A stretch of 64,000 nt of DNA from Takakia lepidozioides (Eukaryota; Plantae; Bryophyta). Positions 24,537 through 35,665 of this stretch are shown here, piece after piece (positions within the stretch are counted from its first letter, which is position 1; every line of letters begins with the position of its first letter). The translations under genes and the position numbers were made by a program. Below the pieces are notes generated by a model. The model was not told the DNA's origin. It searched no databases and worked only from the letters and a program-made list of their open reading frames with translations. Location: positions 41,354,001 through 41,418,000 of the forward strand of contig CM060732.1 of NCBI GenBank assembly GCA_030704615.1. The letters run 5' to 3'.

Positions 24537-27500
24537 TCAAAATTTTGAGTTCAATCGCGTCGGAAGAGAGACTAATATAAATGTAGCAACCATACCACCA
24601 ACAGTTGCACATTTGCCGCCATGGAGATGGAGAAAATGAGGTACATCCATATATGACTCCACAAAGTGATAGAGTCTAGCATATGTGTTTTTGCCCAAGA
24701 AATAATAAAGCATCCGCAACGGAGCTAGCACCATCTGTCATATTATGCGAACAAAACCACAATATTAATGATAATATTAAATCCTAGTGTTGGAATATCA
24801 ATAACATAAATAACTTGAACATGTGACGCTTTGGAAGTACCTGATAAGTTGTAGGAAGCCAATGTGTGATTGTGATAGCGTCAAATAAATCATCGAGAAA
24901 CCAATCACTATGCACAGATGCCACCACATCATCTACGACAATATTTCCACTTAGAGTGTAGGGGTTGTACAACCCAACATTAACAATCACCGTTGCATCT
25001 GCCACAATTCAATGTTTGAATTATTGTTAAACGTCAATGGTTAAGGAAAAAGACAACTTTAAGTGAACCGGCTTATTTAGTGTCAATTCACCTCACAACT
25101 TTTTAAGCATGAGATTTGTACTATCAACCATATACTGGAAATTTCTATCAAATTATGTAGAATCATAGTCAACAAGGTCCCGGCCAGTGGAGTGATGAGT
25201 AGCCCACATAGTAGTAAAGCTTGGTACTATAAATATGCATATATTAAAAATAAATAAAAAATAGGATGTCATCTCTCCTGTCACAATAAACTGCTCGATA
25301 GTATTGTTGATCTTATTTGTATTGATCCACATCAAGTCACCCACATGTATATTCTTAGCTCGTTTGTATGTCATGTTATCATTCATGCCTAACACCACAC
25401 AACAAATATATAAATGAGAATAATTTCAAATTAAAAAGTACATCAAAAGTTCATTGTTTGTATGGATTACAAAAAATCTTCCATATGTATATGTAAACAT
25501 ATAGTTGAAACAACATTACAATGTCCCCACAAAAAATACCTGATGATACTGGAGCAAAATGGTGGGGAGTGAGCTCAAGAGTTTTCACTAAAAAATCATT
25601 ATCACTAATGATAGTTGGTTGCAAAGTGAGCTTCACAAATGAGCTTATGGCACCAACATCATCGTGACCAAACGCATAAACTTCGTCAAATGCGATTTGT
25701 CCATCCGCATTCATCATAGCCACCTGAAATAAAATGTTTGTTGTAATATCAATTTTATCATATATCAGCATAACAAAAAATGGTTGTTCACATATATATT
25801 GGTCAAATTACAAAGCTCAGATATTGAAATGACACATCTTAATGAGTAGTGTATTGGTTGATGGTTGGGTAACACAATATACTTTATCTCCAATGGAGAG
25901 TTCTGACATTGGCTTTTGTATGCCAGTTGGGAGAGTGACGAGGGCATCTCCTGTAAAACAACATGCATGGTAATAATAATGTAATATATCACGCCTCCTG
26001 AAGGAAGCGTAAAATATGGTGTCTCTTGACCCCGAAGGGTGATTGCCTTTTGGTATGTCAATGCATATTCACAGCTAAGACAGTTCGCAAATGAAATAAC
26101 TCACAATCCTAATGTTTGAGTGTGGAAGTCATATATCAATGATAAGCAACCACATTGAATATATAACAAATGAGACAATGAAATAGGAAATAATGTATAT
26201 ATATATATATATTTCATTTCATTTTTATATGTTACTTGTACATTCACCGTACCACTTGTCTTGGGACACATACTCGACCAGTAATAGCATCAAGTTTGGA
26301 CAATGAAAATGTTCAACAATCATTTTCTAGATTAATCTATGCTTTAAACTAACATGAGACTTGTTAAGATACATACCTGGGAAACAACTACCTCCTGGAT
26401 TATGGCAAGTACCTCCTCCTTTCATTACTACACCAACAAAGTTTGGATGCGCACAAACGTGTCTAAGCGAGGGCTCGCATTTCACGGCCTGTCGACAAAT
26501 GAAAAAAAATAAAAACGAAGAAAATCATGAATGCTTTGTTATTATCAATGTGATTATTTAAATCAAAATTGAAGCGAGTAAGTTGAAATAGAAGGTAAAC
26601 ATTTAGATGGGTCAATTTTTCAATATGTTATAGTATTCACAAATATAAGAAGTTGTTTAACATTTGTAGGAGATAGCCCTTATCATTATAAAGGTATGAA
26701 CAATCCTCAATTGCAATACACAAGCCTTTGGAGGAAATTCTAAGTAAAGAGACAATTGAGACTAATATTCAAAGAATAAGTTTAGAGAGTGATTAGATTT
26801 AATAGAGAGAACAAAATGGATTAAATATAAAAAGAGAGATGAGAATGATTGCTAGATATGATGTAGATTGATGCATGTTGTTGTGTCTCAAAAATTTAGA
26901 TACCATACAAAATTCATATGTCCTTCATCCGATAAGAGAATATCCACTCCCTGTGTTGCATTTGATGCACTACAACCGTTAATAGATGTAACCTGCACGT
27001 GCATAGAAGAAACTAAAATCATATCAGTTTGCATGATATATTGTGGTTTGTAGCTGAAATGTAGAAAAAATATATGGAGAACTTCTTTTAGTCCATCGCC
27101 GAGTTACAAAAATATGTATTTAAAAATATAAATTTTGATTGTTACTTTTGTAAAATATATTATCCAAACCAAAGAGTTGTATTCATCAACATTATTCAAA
27201 ATGTAAAATTTGGCCTTTTAAATAGTCTCAATTCTTATTAATTTGTATATTTAAAAAAATAATTGAACTTAAAATAACAATTTCGTCATTCAATGCAAGA
27301 GTTACGATAGCACCACAGCAAAAAGAAGTCCGTATACTTTTCAATTCAATTGTACACCCACAATTCTAACTATCATGATTCATGCATACTTTAGATACAA
27401 AGAACAATTTAGCTATATAAACAATAGTTCTCCTGTAACATCTTCTTTTAATGCATGCAGCTATCCAAGAGGTATACACCATAAATGAGAAGAAAGATTG

Positions 27501-27979
27501 GGTTTTTGTTATATAAATACGATGCATAACAAAATCATAACTAATGTAATCCGTTTGCCATTTGGTAATTTGGGAGATAAGTACTATGGGTGTTTTAGTA
27601 TAACAATGGGATAGACTATATGGTTATGGATGTACACCTGAAGAGTATGTAGGCCCGTTTTACCATATGCAGTGACAGAGGCAAGAATTTTTGTACTTCC
27701 ATCATGGACCCTCGTACATACTGCACTTGTTGAGTTTTTTGGTACAACACTCCAATACCCCCCCTTGGCAAGTGAGCCTTCGTTGGTGAATCGATGTGGG
27801 TCGTGTATATCGGTAGTCCCACTCTTTGACACTTCTAATTCTTGTAGAGTTTCCACAACGATTTGCAAAACATCTTGATCACTAGCTCCTAATACCTTAC
27901 TTGTACATTGCCAAGTTAGTAGTAGTAACGCACATAGATATGCCTGCATAAAGCACCGTTGTAACAATATGGTCCTCAT
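24537..27979 (-). CDS. Secreted Hedgehog-type Hint (Hog) domain autoprocessing protein, multi-exon
   Basis: N-terminal hydrophobic signal (LCALLLLTWQC). Splicing 26377 to 25950 gives GGSCFPGDALVTLPTGIQKPMSELSIGDK. Also LELTPHH (block B TxxH), KRAKNIHVGD and VGLYNPYTLSGNIVVDDVVASVHS, then an SRR-like hydrophobic tail. An upstream ATG at 28066 is also possible. Confidence 0.85.
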
Positions 27980-28906
27980 TTGACACTCCATATAAGAATT
28001 GTTCAAAATTTGGCGAGTGCGTTTAAATGACTTGCCGCATTGACCTGCACTTTGTAAGATAACCATTACAATTTGAGATTAGTATGCATCATTGTAGGCT
28101 AAACAACATTAATATGATTATACGTATAAATCATAACTTTTACATAATTTTGTGCACACATCATATCTCAATACTTATGAATAAATAGACCCAAAACTTC
28201 TCAATCTCAATTGTACACATATGTGTATGCTTATAAGAAAGATAGAGACTTACTTCATGAACTCCTCTCCTTACTTCCGAGTAATCAGCTACAAGTATCA
28301 AGGATATCCCTGCATTTGTATTGGCATGTGTCCACCATAATATTGACAATCGACTAAGGCCACTCCTGAGAGGGGGGCTTATATAGCCAGAGAGAGAGCT
28401 GATCTATATATATATATATATATATATAGGGCCCACCCCTGAAAAGGGGCAGTAGCCCAAGGCGAAGTGGCTCTTAAAGTTACGCCGGCTTCGGCTGGCC
28501 CTCAAACTACTACCATGTTCATCGAATGAAGAATTTGACAAAAGTCCCAGTATTGTTTTTACATATTCAATCACATGTGGTTGATCATATCTTATGACGG
28601 TTTCGAGGGTATCTAGATTACATGAGATATTTTTCATTATGTAGGCTACGGATGCAAAAAGAAGTATAAACATTCGTGAAACGTAAACATAAACCACTGA
28701 AATTCTCCATAGTTGTATGCGACATTGTTAAATGTCTTTTGCATAATTGTATCGATATGAAAAAGGTTAAAGATATGTCGGCAAATGCATCCAAATGAAG
28801 GATATAATTTATTGCCTTTCCGATTTGGAGTGCACGGCAATTAAGTTATTTTAACTATATTGTCATACTCATCTTTCGTGAGCTCTGCTCCCGAGATGGT
28901 AGCATA

Positions 28907-29485
28907 TAATCATAATATATAATTCACTATAATTCACTATCATTATCAAATGTTTGTGTACTTGTTGGTTTATATAGGACACGTTGTCACTGACAACTGT
29001 ACCTATGAGACAACCAAGTTGTAGCCTAGCGGTAATGGGCACATACCACCTCGGAGTGGTTGTGGGTTCAATCCACCCTTGGTGTCACAAAGGTGTCCAC
29101 CTTCCTAGCGGAAGGCAGTAGCCCTTCAGGGTGAAGAAACTCCATAAGTTACGCTTCTTTCGGGAGGCGTCATATTTTTTATTTTTTATTTTTTTGTATG
29201 TCATGTGAAAAATTTGGACCACTAATAATGAAATAGTTTACTATAACCTATGATACAGCTAGGACAAGGCGAGTTGTATATATAAATATAATTCACTACC
29301 GACAGTGAGTCTTGGACAAGACACAATGCATATATGGCTAAGTGTTATTTGCAGATGTAAAAAGAGAACATACCTCAGACATTGATTCAAAGAAGTGTTA
29401 TCTGCAGAATGTAATGGTCTTAAGTTTCCATGTAAAAGCAACCGATACAAAATGGTCTAAATTTGCACCAAATCAAGTTGAGCTT
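28907..29485 (-). repeat. Dispersed repeat family R, copy 3, interrupted by element B
   Basis: Matches 15934-16270 and the reverse complement of ~22710-23110. Stops abruptly at the copy B terminus. Confidence 0.8.
29008..29195 (+). mobile_element. tRNA-derived SINE-like insert
   Basis: Pol III A box TAGCCTAGCGGT (29022) and B box GGTTCAATCC (29065) at tRNA-like spacing, unrelated body, T-rich tail. Second copy at 16035. Confidence 0.6.
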
Positions 29486-29818
29486 GGGGATTGCTAAACC
29501 GTGAGCAGATTCCATGAGCAGAATTCTGCTCACGGATCTGCATGTGCTCACCTATAACCGCGGACACCTATTCGGCCTAGAGGACCTATTACTGCGGGTT
29601 GTGTCAAGTTTATCATGCACACGTCATTCATCGTTATGGATGAACGATGGATGAATGGGGGATGAAAGGATGTTCGACGAATGATACATGGATGAATGTC
29701 GTTTGTAGATGAATGCAAAACTAAGATGCATTTTTGAGTAGTGGTTGCTAAATCCCCCCAGCTCTAGAGTGAACTTCTGCCCACTGGTGAGGGGTTGTGA
29801 TTGTCCTTTCACCAGCAA

Positions 29819-32800
29819 TCAGAACTCAACATAGTTGCTGACACACAGTTGCAAAGAAGGTGGAGAGGCCATTTGGTGCTTCAAACTTAATTTTTTAATA
29901 ACTGAAGATTCATTCCGACAAAGAATATTCGTGCTACTGGAGTCGGCGTCCAAAACGATGGCAGAACTGTCTATGAAGACACTAGCCCTACTTTGCACAA
30001 AACCCTTTCTGTTCAAAAGCAAACTAGGGGGAGAAGAGAGGAGACTAAGTTCCGAAGCTGCAGCCTCCGCATAACATGTCAATTTAAAATCTGCTTTCGG
30101 ACTTGGGAAAAATTGCGGGCGGCTGGCCCAACTTGTGCAGGAAAGATGGAAATGGAAGGATGCGCCGTCGTGTCAGTGAAGTGCCACAACTGAACTAGCA
30201 CTTACTCACATGAGAAATCGGAATCAACATCTAGAGCATCGGGCTCTTGCAGATCCTGCTCCACAACAATGTTCTCAGTCTGGGTCGAATGCGATGAACC
30301 CCTAGACAGAGGTGTGATGACTTGAGAGTAGAGATGCTCGTCCCCCTCCATCCCAAAAAAATGCCTTCCCGCATACTTGCATGCATGGAAGGAAGCCCCT
30401 GCAACAGTGCAAATGGATCCACGAAACAAAGTAAGAAGCAGAATGTGAAGGCAAAGAAGTGCACCCAAGCAATGGAATCTGATTGGGTACCAACCTGTAC
30501 CCATGGACAGGTCCACCAGTTTCCCACCATGCCGGCTGCATGTCTCAATCAAAGTCTGCATGAAAGCGGGTGACTTCTGGTCCAAATTTTGCGGATTTTG
30601 AACCCCGACGACTTCATGTAGTTGTGAAGCAACCGGCGGGATGCCATGTCCTCACCCTGGAAAATCAAAAGCGACCCAGCGTCAGACAGAAACTTGTTGC
30701 TGAAAGAGAAGGCCCACTGCCAGTAAAGTGGATTATGAGCATTCCAGGCTGGAGTCACATCTGTGGGAATGATATCAGGCACTGGAAGTCCATCTGGGAT
30801 GTCAAGGATGACAAGATCTGTCGCGTAGGGCTGCTGCACTCCATTCACCCAACATGGCGTCCTGGTCACCTTAAATGAGGACAGGCAATCGTATGAGATA
30901 GACAAATTGCAGTGGAGACACCCGAACCAATGATCGTTGCACCTCCCATATTAAGATGTCGTTGACGACATCTTAATGCACCACCTACGCTCCCCCAACA
31001 ATGCATAAAAAATGACCAGAGTATGATAGATGCGGCGGGCTCACCAGGGTGAGGAAAGAGCACAGATGGTCCCATGTAGGTGACTTCACACCCACAAAAA
31101 TGGACTTTCTTGACTCCATCATACGGAGGAAACTCACATTGGCCGTTTTACGCTGGAAGTGCGGGCCCACAACCCTGGACACACACAGCCGTGCTTCGTA
31201 AGGGTGTTTCTTTGTTATGTGTGTACTGCGCCGATCTACAGCGGTGGATGTGTTGGCGACCTGTGTCTGCTGTTTCTGGGCAGGTTGCACAGCCAAATGA
31301 ACAAAAGCCCTAGCTGGCCCAGTAGTGTCAGGATGGTCTGCCACTGCTTCCCCAGCAGCCCCAGTACCCGCATCAGCCGCTGTAGCCTCCACTGTCTATT
31401 TCCCCTTCTTTTTCTTCTTGCCGTCAGAAGGGGTGGCCGGTTTTGTAGGCTCTTTCTTATTCAGTAGCGCCAAGGCTCTTTGGTGCAACTCCTCATCTGT
31501 CCGGGGGGCTAGTGAATCTGCGTTTTTGTTCTGATTCCTCATGACATTCTCCTCCCAGCGAGTCGAAGCTCTCGGGCAGTCCACGTACCACCCACAGTCA
31601 TGGTAATGTGCCCAACCCCAGTCCTTCACAATGCCAAGCAGTGTACATTGTGGTTTCATCGTTTGGGTTCGCCTATCCACGAATGAAGTCTGGATCCTCA
31701 CTCAGGGTGTTCTCCGGAATAAGAACAAAGCGAAAGTACCTGCAGAGAAGAAGACCATCCCGCTTAGAGAGTTTCCTTGAACACAACAGAAATGGCCATA
31801 GAACTGCTATAAATGGCTACATTTCACTTTGAGGATTAAGGTGTCGTCAACGACATCTTAATCCAGGCACTAAGAGGCAGGACTCCACAACTGATGTTGG
31901 CAATTTTCCCACAAATCAGACCATGTAAGATCCCCCTTCATATGCTCACTCATCCCAAGAGAGCATGGATTTAAGGTATCGTCAACGACACCTTAATTCC
32001 CATTCTCAAATAGCAATAAAAAAAACAATGACACAATACATAACACCACAAGACTGCTTTACAATTGAAAATAGGGACAGAGGTGGAGACATTGAGGCCA
32101 CCTTAAATTGAACCCCCTTACAGGATGAAAGTCCTAGAAGGTCCAGTATAAGCAGGAATGGGCCTAACAATATTGCGCAAATTAAGGTGTCGTTGACGAC
32201 ACCTTAATTTCCCCCTCACAGAAAAAGAATTGAGTTAGTGCACACACCTGTACAGTAGACGTTTCATTGCCTCCTCGCCATTGTACTGATGATCGAAATC
32301 TTTAGATCGAAGAATCCCTCCCTCCTTCTCGAACTCCCAGAAAAATGCATACTTCCAGAGCTCCCTTCTCCATTTACGAACGTAGGACTCAAACTTGATG
32401 CTGGGAGATGTCATGGTGATTTTGTAGTCTAGTAGTGACTTCTCTTATGTTTCAATGGCCCGCATCTCCAGCTGCAAAAACAACGATGTACCCTCAGTGG
32501 TTAAACCCAAAAACCAGTGAAATCATTGCGAACAATGTGGAACGTTTGAAAATTCTTACCTGGTTCCAGAAGGTAGCTTTATGCAACCATGTCTCAAATG
32601 CACGGTCGCTCACAGGTGTCACCACTCCTGTCTCAGGGTCCCTATGCAGTTTTGGGAAATTGTTGGTGTCCCGGACGATTGGATCCGAGTTCCAGATTTC
32701 GAGCCACCTCACTTTTTGAGCCGGCTCAACCATGGAAATCGACAGACGGTGGATCTTTTCATGTGTCATCTCAGGCTTGGTGGGCTTGTTCCAGTGTATC

Positions 32801-33963
32801 CGAATCTGCTCCAGAAACCCCTTTCCTAGCCTAGGGTCAGCAATTCGTATGTGCTTGTCAAACGCACTTTTGAGGTTTTTCCTCGCCGTATCCATCTCAT
32901 CTTTCATTTTGGTTTCCACCCCGTTCGCTGTTCTCTCTTCCTCTGGAGTAGTGGCATAATACTCCAGCTTCGCTCGCTCTCCAGCATCCGCAATTTCTTG
33001 CTGTGACACAAGAACGTTGGCCTATTATTACATCTTCAATCCAAAAATGAAAGAAAACTCAAGATTGAAAAGGAACTAGTCTTACCGCGTATAAGTACTC
33101 GAGGAAAGCTTCCCTCGTCAAATTGTACCAAGTTTCAGACTTCTTGATTGTTTGGCATTTCTTCAGTGTCTCTGCAGACAAGACGCTGGCAAATGTTTCC
33201 AACGGCATGACTCCTATACTTTGCATCCGAAACATTGTATGCACTATGTTCATGGTGACGTGTGATGTCTCCGTGCCCCTGCATTGAAAGCAAATGAGTA
33301 CAAGAATCTTGAAGCGAGGGACTTCATGTAGTTCATAAAAGGAAACGAAACAAGACTTACTTGTTGACATCGTGCATGGCAGTCAGAAGCGGTGTTATTC
33401 TGCCTTGTGGATCCAAAACCATTGACACTACTCGGTGATGCCAGTCTTTGTTGTTGGCATACATTCTCGTGATATATTCCATCCAGGCAACCAAACGGTG
33501 ATTACCATCCCATACGAAGAACATCTTCCCCATATACTGCCTGTGAGATGGGTTATAGGAAAGCTCTGCCTCAAACTCCGAATTCACCTCATTCCAAAGC
33601 GGATCCCAACCGGCCATAATCTCTTCGTCAACCATTTTCTCCAATCCCTGGATATTTGTCACTGAAACGTAAAAAACTGCGGAGCCCTTCAAGTACCCGT
33701 GGACGAAATCACCCTGAAGCTTCTTGATATCATGATGCAGGGCTGGACGAACGGCAGGCATGGAAATCATCCTGCATAGGGGAATCATAAGAGTGTCGTC
33801 CCAAACTTCCATGGAATTTATGACCTTCCTGGAGTTTACCTTGGAGGTGTACATCAGTGAATGCACTTTATCTTCGTAATTGTCAGATGGGTCTTCATCT
33901 TGAGTATCAGGAGCAAATGTCTCTTGTGCAGGCTGGCTTTCCCCCGCCTTTTTTTTTTTTTTT
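29819..33963 (-). pseudogene. Spliced ParB/Srx-like plus beta-class DNA methyltransferase-like fusion gene, copy B
   Basis: GT-AG exons 33963-33361 (FFVWDGNHRLVAW), 33278-33086, 33000-32560, 32471-32248, 31739-31045 (DCGWYVDCP), 30869-30495 (DLVILDIPDG..FLSDAGSLLIF..GFKIRKIW..QKSPAFMQTLIETCS..KLVDLSMGT) and 30398-~30207 (GASFHACKYAGRHFFGMEGDEHLY), plus a probable last exon. Has a stop, frameshifts and a deletion at ~30580. Confidence 0.8.
31835..32209. repeat. Intronic palindromes of copy B (ATTAAGGTGTCGTCAACGACACCTTAAT type)
   Basis: Copies at ~31835, 31970 and 32181, with a degenerate one at ~32085, in the intron homologous to the one holding array A. A further copy lies at 30950 in the next intron. 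Confidence 0.85.
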
Positions 33964-34014
33964 CTGCATTCATTTGTGTTTTCCCACAACATCAGTGTCT
34001 ACTTGACAGAACAC

Positions 34015-35665
34015 AATAAGGTGTCATCAATGATGCCTTAATCTGCCTCCTTATTTCAGATTTAAACACTCATTCAATATGACTACTCTCGACATCCGAT
34101 CCTCTTCCTCCTCTATGCATCGAAGTCCACTTTGTACACTCCAGATTAAGGTATCGTCAACGATGCCTTAATCTGCCTCCATGTTTGTATTTAGAATAGC
34201 CCTACCCACCACCAATCCAGTTTATATCTGCTTCAAAGTATGCTTGAAAAGTGTTTTTACAGGGCAGATTAAGGTGTCGTCAACGATGCCTTAATCTGCC
34301 TCCTTATTTTTGTTTGAAACAGCCCTTCTATGAGCAGATTCCCCACCCCTGATCGTATTCCTCTTTTTTTCATAGTGTCCCCAGGAACTGCTTTTACACT
34401 CCAGATTAAGGTAACGTCAACGATGCCTTAATCTGTCTCATTCTTTTATGTACTAGACATCCCTTAAAGTGCAGACTACCCACCACTAATCTTGTTTATA
34501 TCTGCTTCAAAGTATGCCTGGAAAGTGTTTTTGATAGGCCAGATTAAGGTGTCGTCAACGATGCCTTAATCTGCCTCCTTATTTCTATTTAAAACAGCCC
34601 TTCTATGAGAATATTCCCCACCCCTGATCAGTTCCTCTCTGTTTCATTGTATCCCCGAGAACTGCTTTTACACTCCAGATTAAGGTATCATCAACGATGC
34701 CTTAATCTTCCTCCTTCTTTTATGTCCTAGACATCCCTCAAAGTGCAGACTACCCACCACTAATCCTGTTTATATCTGCTTCAAAGTATGCCATGAAAGT
34801 GTTTTTGACAGGCCTGATTAAGGTGTCGTCAACGATGCCTTAATGTGCCTCCTTATTTTTGCTTTAAACAGCCCTTCTATGAGTTGGTTTTTCACCCTGA
34901 TCGTGTTCCTCTTTGTTTCATAGTATCCCCAGAAATTGCTTTTACACTCCAGATTAAGGTATCGTCAATGATGCCTTAATCTGCCTCCTTCGTTTATGTC
35001 CTAGACATCCCTCAAAGTGCAGACTACCCACCACTAATCCTGTTCATATCTGCTTCAAAGTATGCCATGAAAGTGTTTTTGACAGGCCTGATTAAGGTGT
35101 CGTCAACGATGCCTTAATCTGCCTCCATGTCTGTATTTTAAACAGCCCTTCTATGATCATATTCTCCACCCCTGATCGTGTTCCTCTCTGTTTCATAGTA
35201 TCCCCGGAAACTACATTTCCACTCCAGATTAAGGTATTGTCAACGATGCCTTAATTCGCATCTTCATTTATGTCCAAGACATCCGTCAAGGTGCAGACTA
35301 CCCACAACTAATCCAGTTCATATTTGCTTCAAGGTATCCCTGGAAAGTGTTTTTGACACACCAGATTAAGGTGTCGTCAACGATGCCTTAATCTGCCTCC
35401 TTATTTATGTTTAAAGCAGCTACTGAGTTTTGATACTCTCCACCCTGGATACTGTTAATCTCTGCTTGAAAGTCCACTGAAAACTAGGTTTCACTCTAGA
35501 TTAAGGTATCATCAACGATGCCTTAATACCACTCATATTTGTGGTTTCGAACGTCCCCTCACTAGTCAGACTATCCACCCCTAAACCTATTCATCTCTGC
35601 CTCAAACTATGCCTCTACGTACATTTTACAGGCCAGATTAAGGCATCGTCAACGATGCCTTAATC
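34015..35665. repeat. Palindrome array B: 13 x CAGATTAAGGTRTCGTCAACGATGCCTTAATCTG at ~137-bp period
   Basis: Copies at ~34015, 34142, 34265, 34402, 34540, 34676, 34815, 34950, 35088, 35225, 35362, 35498 and 35634. Two alternating spacer types give a ~274-bp higher-order dimer. Lies immediately upstream of the ParB exon acceptor. Confidence 0.95.

Noticed and set aside
29015-29090. tRNA gene
   Set aside because: A and B boxes are present, but I could not build a convincing cloverleaf; better explained as a SINE head.
34015-35665. True CRISPR array
   Set aside because: Spacers are ~105 bp and are copies of two alternating types rather than unique. No cas genes, and the context is a eukaryotic intron.
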